Shown piece by piece: positions 51,753-64,000 of a stretch of DNA of 64,000 nucleotides (positions within the stretch are counted from its first letter, which is position 1; each line of letters begins with the position of its first letter). The DNA comes from Candidatus Eiseniibacteriota bacterium (lineage in GTDB: Bacteria; Eisenbacteria; RBG-16-71-46; CAIMUX01; VGJL01), in assembly GCA_963792585.1 (NCBI GenBank), contig CAWBWI010000003.1:1268292-1332291 (forward strand), read 5' to 3'. A program made the translations under genes and the position numbers. The notes under the pieces are model-generated. The model did no database searches. It was not told the origin of the DNA and was given only the letters and a program-made list of their open reading frames with translations.

Positions 51753-51857
51753 AGCGGACGCGGTCGCGTTCCAACAGTCGGGGATCGGGCGTCTACCGTC
51801 CGCGATCGGGCGTCCACCATCCGCGGTCGCGCGTCAACGGTCCGCGGTCGAGAGTCA
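51753..51857. repeat. Degenerate 21-bp tandem repeat, 5 units
   Basis: Units: agcggacgcggtcgcgttcca, acagtcggggatcgggcgtct, accgtccgcgatcgggcgtcc, accatccgcggtcgcgcgtca, acggtccgcggtcgagagtca. Confidence 0.75.
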
Positions 51858-51890
51858 ACGACCCTTTGGTCGGGAGCCAACGCTTCATGG

Positions 51891-52811
51891 TCAAGACTGC
51901 CCGAGCGCCTTTTCGAGCTTCACGAACTCCCCCTCGCAGAACGTTCGGAACGATTCATCGGGGATGCTCGGGATGAGCGCCGCCATCCGATCGCGCTCCG
52001 TGCGGGCCGAGGCCGCATCACCCGCCGCGAGGGAAGCGCGCGCGATCGCTTCGCGCCCGAAGAACTCCTCCCCCGGATCCGACCCGTTCTCCTCGACGAT
52101 CGCCAGGCATCGCCGCGCGTGCGCGAGGGCCGTCACGGGTTCTCCCGCCTTGATGTGGCTCATTGCGAGACGGTATTCGGCGCGCTCGGTCTCCATCCAC
52201 CCGCCGGCGACCCCCCAGAATCGACGCGCGACCTCGGCGGCGCGAAGCATCACGGAGCGTTCCTCGTCCGTCAGCGTTGGTCTTTCCTCGAGTTCGCATG
52301 CGAGGTTGTTGCCGGTGACGGCGAGCGATCTCGCGGCCGGGTCCGTCGCCGTTGGTCCGTATCCCGCAAGGGCCACGGCCTCCTCGAAGTCCCGCCGCGC
52401 TTCCGCGATGCGCTTCTGTCCAAGGAATGCCGCCGCGGCAACGGAGAGCACCCGTATCCGATCGGACGCCTGCGGGATGTCGCCGCCGCTCATCGATGCC
52501 GCGAGACAGCGCGTTTCCTCCGCGCGGTTTCCGGCGCAGCGATACAGAACCGCTTTCGATCGCGCGACGGCCTTGCCCTCTCCCGTCGCAGGGTCGAAAA
52601 CCGGGAGGCGATCGAGACGATCGAGGAGCGCGACGCCGTCCGCCCAACGGCCCAGGTGCTCGCCCGCGACGTGGACGCACAGGCCGGCGAACACCGGGAG
52701 GTGCCGAGCCTCCGAAACGAGATCGATTCCCTCAGGGAGCCTCGAGAAGACTCCTTCGGAATCGGTCGCGTGGTCTTTCCATCCCTGCGATATGAAATCC
52801 TCGAATGTCAT
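51891..52811 (-). CDS. Hypothetical all-alpha (TPR-like) protein
   Basis: AAGGAGG RBS; Ala-rich helical ORF (GEHLGRW, NNLA..LE, RAEYRLA); no family recognised. Confidence 0.7.
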   Translation of the reverse strand: MTFEDFISQGWKDHATDSEGVFSRLPEGIDLVSEARHLPVFAGLCVHVAGEHLGRWADGVALLDRLDRLPVFDPATGEGKAVARSKAVLYRCAGNRAEETRCLAASMSGGDIPQASDRIRVLSVAAAAFLGQKRIAEARRDFEEAVALAGYGPTATDPAARSLAVTGNNLACELEERPTLTDEERSVMLRAAEVARRFWGVAGGWMETERAEYRLAMSHIKAGEPVTALAHARRCLAIVEENGSDPGEEFFGREAIARASLAAGDAASARTERDRMAALIPSIPDESFRTFCEGEFVKLEKALGQS

Positions 52812-53054
52812 GTGATCCCTCCTTCGTGGGCCCTGCGAAACTGAGCAGGCTATCGGATCGCCTCGCGGGCTGTCATCCGAGTTTCTTGTCCATTGATCCG
52901 GTCGATGGGATTGGCTCGGACGAAGGACTCCACGGAGATTGGGCGCTGGGGGAGAAGAGGGGAGCCTCCGGGGCGCTCAGGATCCTGGACCGATCCCTAG
53001 GAATCCCGCACGACCGGAGGCTCGCTGGGCAGGTCGGGCTGCCAACCTCGTTCG

Positions 53055-54950
53055 CTATCTCTGTGTATCGAGGAGCACGATCTTCATCTTTCCGAGGTCA
53101 CGGGACCCAACCTTCACGTTCAAGAAGTAGACGCCGCGGCCCAGGGGTGAACCCGAGTCGCTCTTTCCGTCGAAGGCGACCGTGTTTTCACCCATCCGGC
53201 AGTGGATCTCGATCCGCCGGACCCGCCGGCCTTGGGGGTCGTAGAGCGTCATCTCGCCCATGGCGTCGGCAGCAGACGAGAATCGAACGCGGAAGCCTGC
53301 CGGAGACGGATTCGGATAGGCGTCCCTCAGGAAGGTCCCCGCCGCCGTCGCGTTCTCTTCCGGCGTGTCGGGCGCATCCGCCGGCAGGAGCTCGAAGTTG
53401 TCAGTCGAAGCCATGTAGAGGTCGTCTGGACCGACCTTGCGGTAGGAGATATACCAACCGTGGCCGGCGGTCACGTACGCGTCGGGTGCGACCGCGCCCG
53501 TGTTCGTCATGCTCACCGAGTCGGCCACGGTTCGGATCGTGTATCCCACGCCGGGGGCGAGCTCCATGGCATTCAGCTGCAGGCGTCCGCCCGTCCGTTC
53601 CGTCAGGTAAGCACAATCCAGACGCCCGGCGGCATTCTGGAACAGCGAGAGTTGCTTGCCCGCCGGATAGATGGCGTCGACGCGGTGGGCATCGAAGTAT
53701 CTCGCCTGCAGGGTTGGGTGGGCGAGGAGGATCGAGCCCTGCCCCGGCTCGTACTCGGAAAAGCAATAGCGGCCGTCCGCCATGCGGGCCAGATCGCTGT
53801 ACTGCCCACGATTCACGTGCCCGTCCACCGTTTCGGGAGCCGTCCAGACGCCCTGCTCCCGGCGGATGTGCTGGAGATTGCCTTCCGTCACATTCCGGTA
53901 GGACGCCGCGATGGTGCCGTCCGGGGCGGTCAGGACAGAGAGCCCAGGCCCGAGGTTATCCGGGCTGTTGGTCACCTGCGAGATGCTGAACGATCTCGGC
54001 TGCAGAATCGGATCAGCGAGGAGCACCGCGCCGTCCTGCGGGGAATACTCGCTGAATGCATAGCCGGCGCCCGTCCGGTAGGTGATGTCCAAGTACTGGC
54101 CGCGATTGGGTCCCGGATCGACGGTCACCGGTTGTGTCCAGCTTCCGCCTGTCCGACGCACGTACTGGAGAGACCCGCTGGTCTGGTTCCTGTACGCCGC
54201 CGTGAGGCTCCCGTCCACGTCCATCCACAGGGCGAGGGAACGGCCAACGTCCGCCGCCTGGGAGGTCGCCTGCTGGATCGTGAACGATCGCGCCTGAAGT
54301 GTGGGATCGGCGAGGATCAAAGCGCCGTTGTCCGAAGCATACTCGCTGAAGACGTAGCCCTCTCCATTGCGATAGGCGATGTCGAAGTACTGCCCGCGGT
54401 TGGGGCCGGGGTCCACGGTGATAGGGGTGCCCCAGACTCCGCCGGTGCGCCGCACGACCGCGAGCGAGCCTGCCGTCTGGTTGCGGTAGGCCACGCCGAA
54501 CTCCCCATCCGTCAGCATGAGCAAGCTCAGCGAACGCCCCACATCGCCGGCCTGCACGACGGCCGAGGCGGACCAGCTTCTCACGATTTCCGGGCCGGCA
54601 TACCAGAGGGTGCCCTCATTGGTCCTTCGATACCCGACCTTGCGGTTGCCGGACGGGTCGATTGCGAGAGAAGCCCCGGTCCCAACGACGCCGGAGTTGT
54701 CGATCACCTGGGCCGCGCCCCAGACTCCCGCGGTCTGCCAGAGGATCTTCAGGGTCTGATTGTCATTTCGATGGTAGAGGACATTCAGATTGCCGGACGG
54801 GTCCACCAGCAGATCCGCAAAACGACCCACGTCGCCACCCGAGTCGAGGGTTGTAATGGTCCATGTCTGCGCCCGTGCGGGGATCGCGTAGAGCGCCCCG
54901 AGGCCGGTCAACAGGACCCAGACCGACAGAATGCCAAGTCGTTTGTTCAT
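53055..54950 (-). CDS. Secreted repeat protein with FlgD-Ig/T9SS-like CTD; paralog of 24931-26838
   Basis: Collinear with 24931-26838: QTWTITTLD..GDVGR, WYAGPE, three VD.GPNRGQY-type...FSEY repeats, LECAY/LDCAY, RTVADSV, AYPNP. Confidence 0.88.
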   Translation of the reverse strand: MNKRLGILSVWVLLTGLGALYAIPARAQTWTITTLDSGGDVGRFADLLVDPSGNLNVLYHRNDNQTLKILWQTAGVWGAAQVIDNSGVVGTGASLAIDPSGNRKVGYRRTNEGTLWYAGPEIVRSWSASAVVQAGDVGRSLSLLMLTDGEFGVAYRNQTAGSLAVVRRTGGVWGTPITVDPGPNRGQYFDIAYRNGEGYVFSEYASDNGALILADPTLQARSFTIQQATSQAADVGRSLALWMDVDGSLTAAYRNQTSGSLQYVRRTGGSWTQPVTVDPGPNRGQYLDITYRTGAGYAFSEYSPQDGAVLLADPILQPRSFSISQVTNSPDNLGPGLSVLTAPDGTIAASYRNVTEGNLQHIRREQGVWTAPETVDGHVNRGQYSDLARMADGRYCFSEYEPGQGSILLAHPTLQARYFDAHRVDAIYPAGKQLSLFQNAAGRLDCAYLTERTGGRLQLNAMELAPGVGYTIRTVADSVSMTNTGAVAPDAYVTAGHGWYISYRKVGPDDLYMASTDNFELLPADAPDTPEENATAAGTFLRDAYPNPSPAGFRVRFSSAADAMGEMTLYDPQGRRVRRIEIHCRMGENTVAFDGKSDSGSPLGRGVYFLNVKVGSRDLGKMKIVLLDTQR

Positions 54951-54983
54951 ATGGTTCCGCTCCAAGTCTCGGGTTGAACCCGA

Positions 54984-55703
54984 TTAGGGGTTCAGGGCCG
55001 CGTACTTGAGGTCTCCATTGGTTGCGTCGTAGTAAACGATGTGAACGTGGTCGTCCGGAGTGACGGCGATCGAGCCGTACTCGCCCACGTTGCCGGTGAT
55101 ATCGACCGTGTTCACCTGCCAGGTCGTGTCATCCCAGAGCTTCGTTGCGTACATGAGGTTCTGCCCGGTCTGCTCGTAGAAGCAGACGTGCATCTTGTGA
55201 AGGGAGTCCACGGCGATTGACGAAGGGCGATTGGTCAGGTGAAGGTTGTCGACCAGGGTGTAGCTCCACGTGCCGGTCCCCGGGTCGCGCTTGTAGACGT
55301 AGACTTTGTTGCCATCCGCATTGACGCTGAGGACGGGGATGATGTCCGGCCCGATCGTGGTGAGGGCGAGGTCGACATGGTAGTACCCCGAGGCAACTAC
55401 CGTCTCGGGCGCGAGCACCCAAGTCTTGGTTACGGGGCTGAAGATCCCATATCGGATGGCGTTTGTCCGCGTGTAGGCGATGTGGAACCGGCCCTGCGCG
55501 TCGACGAGGATCTCATATGTGTAGCCATGGGGAGTACTGCTCTCGAGAGTGGCGTACTGCCATCCTCCGCCACCCCCGCCGTCGGAAACCCACCAGGCCA
55601 CGTACATGGAGCTGGATGCCTTGTAGAAGATGAACGGCGTTCCGTCGTTGGCCACGACGATCTGCGAGTCATAGCCGGTGTCGCCGGCGTCGTCGACGAC
55701 CTG
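54984..55703 (-). CDS. Paralog of 26868-27680, 5'-truncated at the junction
   Basis: QVVDDAGDTGYDSQIVVANDGTPFIFYK aligns to QIVDDAGDAGYDSQIVTTADGTPYIFYK; similarity stops at 55703 and the signal peptide is missing. Confidence 0.85.
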   Translation of the reverse strand, partial: QVVDDAGDTGYDSQIVVANDGTPFIFYKASSSMYVAWWVSDGGGGGGWQYATLESSTPHGYTYEILVDAQGRFHIAYTRTNAIRYGIFSPVTKTWVLAPETVVASGYYHVDLALTTIGPDIIPVLSVNADGNKVYVYKRDPGTGTWSYTLVDNLHLTNRPSSIAVDSLHKMHVCFYEQTGQNLMYATKLWDDTTWQVNTVDITGNVGEYGSIAVTPDDHVHIVYYDATNGDLKYAALNP

Positions 55704-55810
55704 ATGGCGTGCCCGTGGCGATCGTGCGGGGCCTCGACCCGGGCTGGCTGCGGGAGGCCAGCGTCAAGGCCGAGATCGTGCGGCCCCCTTCCGAAGACCT
55801 CTTCCGGTAA
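55703..55810 (+). CDS. cofE: C-terminal 35 aa of coenzyme F420-0:L-glutamate ligase (5'-truncated fragment)
   Basis: My translation DGVPVAIVRGLDPGWLREASVKAEIVRPPSEDLFR* matches the P-V-A-x-V-R-G...R...D-L-F-R ending of the CofE/FbiB family. Confidence 0.7.
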   Translation, partial: DGVPVAIVRGLDPGWLREASVKAEIVRPPSEDLFR

Positions 55811-55818
55811 AGTACGCG

Positions 55819-56750
55819 GTGAAGGGCACCCACGTCTCCCTGCCGGATCCCCCGCAACGAGTCGGTGCTGATCTACGTCGACGGCGAGTGGGTACCGGCG
55901 GGAGGAAGCCAAGGTGTCGGTCTTCGACTCGGGTTTCCTGGTCGGGGACGGGGTGTGGGAAGGGCTCCGGCTGCACGAGGGTGAGTTCGCCGTTCCTGGA
56001 CCTACACCTCGACCGTCTCTTCGAAGGCGCGAAGGCGTCGGACTCGCATAGGTATGACGCGCGAGGAGATCACCGCAGCCCTCCGCGAGACCGTCCGGTT
56101 AAACGGTATGCACGCCGGCGTACACGTGCGCCTGATGGTCACCCGCGGGGCACAAGAAGACCCCTTCGCAGGACCCGCGTCTAGTGGTCGGTGGTCCCAA
56201 CGTAGTCATCATCGCCGAGCATAAGGTCGCCGATCCCGGTGCCAAACGACGGGCATCAGGCTCTTCACCTCGACGGTGCGCCGCCCGCCGCCTGATACGT
56301 TGGATCAGAGGCTCAACTGCCACAGCAAGCTGCACGAGGTGGTGGCCCTCGTGCAGGCCCTCAAGGCCGGCGCCGACGAGGCTCTGATGCTGGATCCCAC
56401 CGGCGCGGTGGCTACCTGCAACGCCACCAATTTCTTCGTCGTGCGGCGCGGGGAGGTGTGGACCTCGACCGGCCACTATTCCTTGAACGGCATCACCCGA
56501 CGAATGATCATAGAACTCTGCCGGTTCTCGGATATCCCCGTCTCGGAGCGGCCCTTCTCCCTGACCGATGTGTACGGCGCGGACGAGGCGTTCGTGACGG
56601 GCACCTTCGGCGGCATAACATCGGTCGTGGAGGTGGACGGACGGCGGATAGGGATACCGGCGAGATCGGCGAACTGACCGCCCGCCTCTCTCGGACCTGT
56701 ACGCGGTGGCGGTCGCCGAGGCCCAAGAGGGTAGTTGCGCAAGGGTGCCT
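55819..56750 (+). pseudogene. Class IV aminotransferase (IlvE/PabC-like), multiply frameshifted; end approximate
   Basis: Across frames: AKVSVFDSGFLVGDGVWEGLR, HLDRLF, LNCHSKL, ADEALMLD, TNFF, LNGITR and ADEAFVTGT. Confidence 0.8.
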
Positions 56751-57500
56751 CAGATTGTCGGTGTGGTCGGGGCCGCGCAACGTCTCGACGGCGCTCATGT
56801 ACTCCTTCAGGCAACGCGAAGATACCGTGGTCGTGGACGAGCCACTCTACGGACACTACCTGAGTACCACAGATGCCGATCATCCAGGTGCCAGAGAGGT
56901 ACTGGAGGTTATGGACACCGACGGCGAGCGGGTGGTGCGCAGCTCATCCGGTCCGTGCGGGGTCGGTCCAGTTTTTGAAGAACATGGCCACCACCTCGAC
57001 GCCCTCCGCGTCGATCCTCAACGAGCTCACCAACGCCCTCCCTGATGCGGGAGCCGGCCCGGGTCGTCGCCTCCCTCGACGCCACCCTGCACGCCGACTT
57101 CCCGCCACGATCACCGGCTTGCCCCAACAGGTCGCCATCCTCGGAGCACGAGCTGGCCGCAGGCCGGACGCCGATCGTCGTGGAGCCGCGCACCGCCTCC
57201 TGGCCGACCCTCCCTCGCGGTGCTGGCGGCGTTGTGCGGCGCCGTGGGGCTTCCCCTACCACGACGTCTATGCTCACCCTGGCCCGCCGGCCCGAAGCCC
57301 GAAGACGGGGTCTGGGCCGACCACTGGTACGCCTCGGCCCCATCGGTCGACCGGGTTCGGTGTGCCCCCCGACGGTGACGTTGGTGCTCACGGCGAGCCC
57401 CAGCAGGTCCCTGGTCGACGAGTGCCGGCCCTTGTACGAGCGGCTCCTGGCCCACCACCTGCACCATCTGGGGACCGAGCGTCCGGGTCGAGCCCTGAGT
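56745..57500 (+). pseudogene. Sulfotransferase-like protein typically coupled to class IV aminotransferases, frameshifted; bounds approximate
   Basis: WSGPRNVSTALMYSF..R.D..V.DEPLYGHYL...HPG; later fragments FLKNM, PEDGVW..HWY and ECRPLYERL. Confidence 0.72.
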
Positions 57501-57681
57501 CTTGCGTCGGGTGGCACCCCCGTCCTTCGGGCTGCCAGCAAACGACACCGATGCGACCACGGGGGCGTGGGATCGGGCTGTTGGGTCGTCGGGGGCGCTC
57601 AAGCCCTCGTCTTGGCCACCGGTAGTGGGCGATTCGGGGCGGCGGCGGGGCGCAGATCCTCGGCTCCCTCCCGATCTCGGT

Positions 57682-57718
57682 GCGCCGTTGACCGCTGCCT
57701 CGGCGCGGTCAACGGCGC
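57682..57718. repeat. Perfect 14-bp inverted repeat between convergent genes (terminator-like)
   Basis: GCGCCGTTGACCGC-N9-GCGGTCAACGGCGC. Confidence 0.7.
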
Positions 57719-57769
57719 TGACAACGGTCGTTCTCCTTTCTCCAACTCGACACGGAGCGTGAGAAGTCA

Positions 57770-60019
<2,250 letters not shown>

Positions 60020-60023
<4 letters not shown>

Positions 60024-60846
60024 CCGGCTCGGGCGGCGCCGCCGTGGTCGGTCGCCGCAGTCGTGGCGCGCGTCGGACCGTGGTCGCGCGTGCCGCGGCC
60101 GGCGGGCTCGTGGCCGGCACGGTGGTGCTGGGCGCGCGCGCGCCGACGTCGCCGCGCGTCGACGTCCTCGCCGAGCGTCGTCGAGGTTGGCCGACGGTCG
60201 GCGGGCGGCGCGATGTCGCTCGCCCTCGGGCACGAACGCGAGCGTGAAGGCCTCGCGGTCGTTCGGGAAGCGGATGTCGGCCGATGTCCTCGGTGAAGAC
60301 CTTGCGGGCTCGGTGTCGTTGGCGCTCCGCGGCGTTGGCCCAGTACGGCCACCTGGACCTGGCCGTCCTCGCCGTCGCACTGGTCGTCGCCGCTCGGCGT
60401 AGGTGACCGCTGCCCGTCGGGACCGGTGAAGGCGATCGATCGTCGGTGAGCTCGCACGCCGATCGCCGCCAGAAGACCGCCGAGGGTGGCGTTCTCGCCG
60501 CGCGGCGCTGCGGGCTGAACGGGTGGATGTGGATCAGGCCGTCGTCGTGGGTGTGGATGCCCGTTGGGGTCGGCGTCACGTCGGCTCGTGCGGGCCGGAA
60601 CGTCGCCGCAGATGTCGATGCCGAACGCGGCGTGCCAGTGGTCCTGGTCGAGGTGCCGGCGCGTCCGGCGCCGCCGCCTCGTCCTGGGTGCGGGCGCAGA
60701 AGACCAGCGACGACGCCGAGCACGCACGATCGACGGCGATCGCGGCCGGGAAGCAGCGATGCGTTCGCTGGCCGCTCACGCGGGACGCTTGCCCCCGGCC
60801 CGCTGCGACACGCGGCGATCTTCTTGGCGAACGAGGCCTTGCCCAT
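60020..60846 (-). pseudogene. Membrane-anchored hypothetical protein with His-rich motifs, frameshifted
   Basis: MGKASFAKKIA, DHWHAAFGIDICG and GIHTHDDGLIHIHPFS; Thr/Pro-rich tail. Confidence 0.65.
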
Positions 60847-60918
60847 ACGGCGCCAGAGCACGGTATCCGACCGGGCCCCGCCGTCCGGCGGGACCGCCTC
60901 AGCGGACCCGGCACGCGG

Positions 60919-62159
60919 TCAGCTCGGCGAACAGCGCTCGTAGGCCGCGGCGACCGCGGCGGGCGACGCCCAGCCCTCGACGAAGCGCCGGCCCGGCCCG
61001 CCCATCGCGCTCGGCCGCGTCGGGGTCGTCGAGCAGCGGCAGCAGGGCCTCGGTGAACGCGTCGGGGTCGTCGGGCGGCACCGCGACGCCGGCGCCCGGC
61101 CTCGCTCGACCGTCCGGGCCACCTCGGTGCCCGGGTCGACGCTGGCGACGCACCGGCCGGCCCGACGGCCAGGATCGAGTACAGCTTCGACGGCACGCTG
61201 GACCGGGCCGAGCCCGGCGCGCAGCGGCACCACGTGGATGTCGGCGGCGGCGAGCACCTCGGCGCAGGCGCTCCTTGGGCTGCAGGTCGACGAAGCGCAC
61301 GTTGGCCAGGCCCTCGGCCGCTGCCTCGACCAGGGCCGGCTGGGCCGAGCCGCCGCCGTTGATCGACGAACACGACGTCGGGGCGGTCCGCGCAGGCGAC
61401 GCGGCCGCGTCGAGCACCAGGTCGAGGGACTGCGAGCAGCCCGACGTTGCCGGCGTACATCACCACGGTCTTGCCGCCGAGGCCGAACTCGCGCCCGGTA
61501 GGCGTTCTCGCGGTCCCCGGGCGCGATCCGCTCGGTGTCGACGAAGTTCGGGATCACCTGGACCTTGCGGCCTCGCGGCCGCCGGCGCGAGCTTGGCCGC
61601 GACGTTGTCGCGCGAGGTCCTCGGAGAGCACGGTGACGGCGTCGGACCGCCGGTAGAGGAACCGCTCGAGCCCGGCGCGCCGGCGATGACCCGGCGATCG
61701 CGTGATGCGCCCCGGCTCGACGGCGACGTCGGGGAACACGTCCTGGATGTTGAACACGAACGGCACCCGACGGGCGCTGGGCCACCGCCCAGCCGGCGAG
61801 GCCGAGGGTGAGCGGCGGCGACATGGCCAGCACGACGTCGGGCCGGGCCCGGCCGACGCAGCCGCCGCGAGGCGCGGCCAGCACGGTGAACCCGCCGAAG
61901 GCGAGCGCCGGGCCGGGATGTTCGTCTTGTCGGTCGGGAACGGGTGCACCCGGGTGATGCGGCCCCAGTCCGTCGTCTCGGTGCGCACGAGGCGCCCGTC
62001 CCAGCCCGGCTCGACGCGGTGGTGCTGGTACCAGGGCAGCGCGGTGACGACGTGCAGGCGGTGGCCCCGGCCGACCAGCTCCTCGACGACGCTGGTCATC
62101 ACCTCGCCGGTCGGGGCGACGTCGGGGGCGAAGTGCGGGCAGAGGACGAGGAGGTTCAC
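60919..62159 (-). pseudogene. Glycosyltransferase family 4 (WcaI-like), frameshifted
   Basis: NLLVLCPHFAPDVAPTG, TALPWY, SPPLTLG, NIQDVFPD, IPNFVD, MYAGNVG and SVPSKLYSIL motifs. Confidence 0.82.
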
Positions 62160-63314
62160 GAGCCCGACGCCAGCAGCCTCGCGGTAGGCGGCCGAGCAAG
62201 GCGCTCGGCCGACGCCACGGCGCTGAACTGCTGGGCCCGTGCGCGGCCGGCCGCGACCAGCGCGGGCGTGGTGCTCGCTCGTCGTCGAGCAGGCCGGAGC
62301 AACTCGACGGCCCACGCCGCCACGTCGTCGGGCTCGACCAGCACGCCCGCGTCCGCCCACCACCTCCGGCAGCGCGGTGGCGTCCGCGGCGATCACCGGG
62401 CGACCCCGGCGCCATGGCCTCGAGCACCGGGGCGCCGAAGCCCTCGAAGCGGGACGGGAACACCGAGGCCGTGGGCCTGGCGCAGGAGGGCGTCGAGGTC
62501 CCCCCAGGGGATCCGGCCGAGGCGGTGGACCCGGTCCCCGAGACCGAGCGCGGCGATCGTCTCGGCGGACCTCGCCCTCGATCGGCCCGTCGCCGCCGGT
62601 CAGCACGAGGGACGCCTCCGGGTGCTCCTCACCACCCGGGCGAAGGCCCGGACCAGCGTGAGGTGGTTCTTGTGGGGATAGGTGATGGCGGGGTAGACGA
62701 AGAAGGGCGGCCGATCCGAAGCGCGGCCTCGACCTGCGCAGGTCGACCTCGCGTCCGGCCCGACCGATGGCGTCGGGCACGCCGTGCGGGACGATCCAGA
62801 CGTGCTCCGGCGGGAGGTCGACGACTCGACAGCAGGGCTGGCGGCTGGACTCGCTCGGGGTGACCGCGAGGCGGGCCGACCGGGCCGACCTGGGGCAGGA
62901 CGGCCCGGCTGAACGCCGCGCTTGGCCGGGGCGAAGTTCTCGGGGTGCAGGAGGGGCTGCAGGTCGTGGACGGTCGAACAGGCCGGGCACCGACCGGACG
63001 GCCGGCACGACCCCGCCGGCGTGGTGCACCATCGCCACGCCGTGGTGGCGGCACTGGTAGGCGAGCCACGAGCTCTCGGCGGCCACCCGTACGGACTTGT
63101 CCGACCCGTCGGAGCAGGGTGACGGTCGCGATGCGCTCGGTGAGCTCCGGATGGGCCTCGATGAACGGGCGGAGGGCGAAGAGGACGAGGTCGATGTCCG
63201 GCGGGGCCACGTCGAGCACGCCGTCGAGGGTCGGACCGTGTACTCCTCGCTGCCCCCGACCACCCCGGGCACCAGCCACAGGAGGTTGACCCCGACCCGC
63301 TGGGGGTCGGTCAT
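62156..63314 (-). pseudogene. Glycosyltransferase family 4, frameshifted
   Basis: VGVNLLWLVPGVVGGSEEY, VPHGV, FPSRFEGFGAPVLEAM and ALPEVVG motifs. Confidence 0.82.
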
Positions 63315-64000
63315 GACGTCGCCTCCTGCACGACCGCCATCATCGCCGCCGCGGTCGTGTTCCACGTCCGTTCCGCCGCCCGGGCCCGTCCGGCGGACCG
63401 ACGCCGATCGGCCTCGGCGGGGTCGTCCAGCACCGCGGTGAGCGCATCGGCGACCGCCCCGGGGTCGTTCGGGTCCACGGCGGCGCCGACGCCGTGGACC
63501 AGCTCCTCGGTGGCCGTTCCCGCTGAGGTCACCACGGGCGCCCCCTGGGCCATGGCCTCAAGAGCCGGAAGCCCCCGAAGCCCTCCAGGAGGCTCGGATA
63601 GCAGAACACCGCCGCCCCGGCGTAGAGGGCGGCCAGGTCGGTCCCGCTCACGAAGCCGAGCGCCCGGATGTCGTCCCGTCCGGCGATCAGCGTCGCCCGG
63701 TCCTCGTGCCAGCCGTCGGGGCCGACGAGGGCGAGGCAGAGGCCGGGACGGGCCACCCGGGCGAAGGCGTCGACGAGCACGGGCAGGTTCTTGCGGGGCT
63801 CGACGGTCCCCGCCCAGGAGGACGTAGTCCTCCTCGAGGCCCATCCGGGACCGGGTCGACGCGACCTGGTCGGAGGTCACCTCCGTCGGGGTCACGCCCC
63901 ACGGGACGTGACGCAGGCGGCCCCGGTCGAAGCCGTGGGCGACGCAGTCCTCCAGGGTGGCCAGCGAGGGGCAGCACACGAGATCGGCCTCCGTCCGGGC
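63311..64000 (-). pseudogene. Glycosyltransferase family 4, 3' part (runs off the window), frameshifted
   Basis: VPWGV, LVGPDGW, LGFV, YPSLLEGFG, LEAMAQGAPVVTS and RTWNTTA motifs. Confidence 0.8.

Noticed and set aside
51753..51857. Possible CRISPR array
   Set aside because: The units are contiguous and degenerate with no unique spacers, and there are no cas genes.

Overview
Bases 1 to about 55,703 are a GC-rich diderm bacterial segment. It is inferred to belong to an FCB-group lineage such as Ca. Eisenbacteria, Krumholzibacteriota or Latescibacterota, because about ten secreted proteins end in a FlgD-Ig/T9SS-like C-terminal domain and four end in a short [TS]WGx[VL][KR]xxYR tail. This part holds the end of a chemotaxis cluster (cheY-like, cheX, cheB, HDOD), a DUF438/hemerythrin/PAS gene behind a Crp/Fnr-type promoter, many secreted beta-propeller and Cys-rich proteins, and a MacAB-type ABC exporter. 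It also has proC, an L,D-transpeptidase, a Tat-signal intradiol dioxygenase-like protein, and two Ser/Thr kinase-STAND-TPR proteins. The most notable locus is a module with no CRISPR array or cas gene in this window: an exported TPR-CHAT (caspase-like) protease transcribed divergently from an ECF sigma factor, a zinc-finger anti-sigma factor and a kinase-STAND-TPR gene. At about 55,703 two unrelated genes are both cut. The remaining ~8.3 kb is frameshift-riddled Actinomycetota-like DNA (cofE tail, class IV aminotransferase, epimerase, NDP-sugar synthase, GT4 genes), most likely an assembly chimera. No rRNA, tRNA, CRISPR array or transposase was recognised. All calls come from motif reading by eye; no database searches were run.
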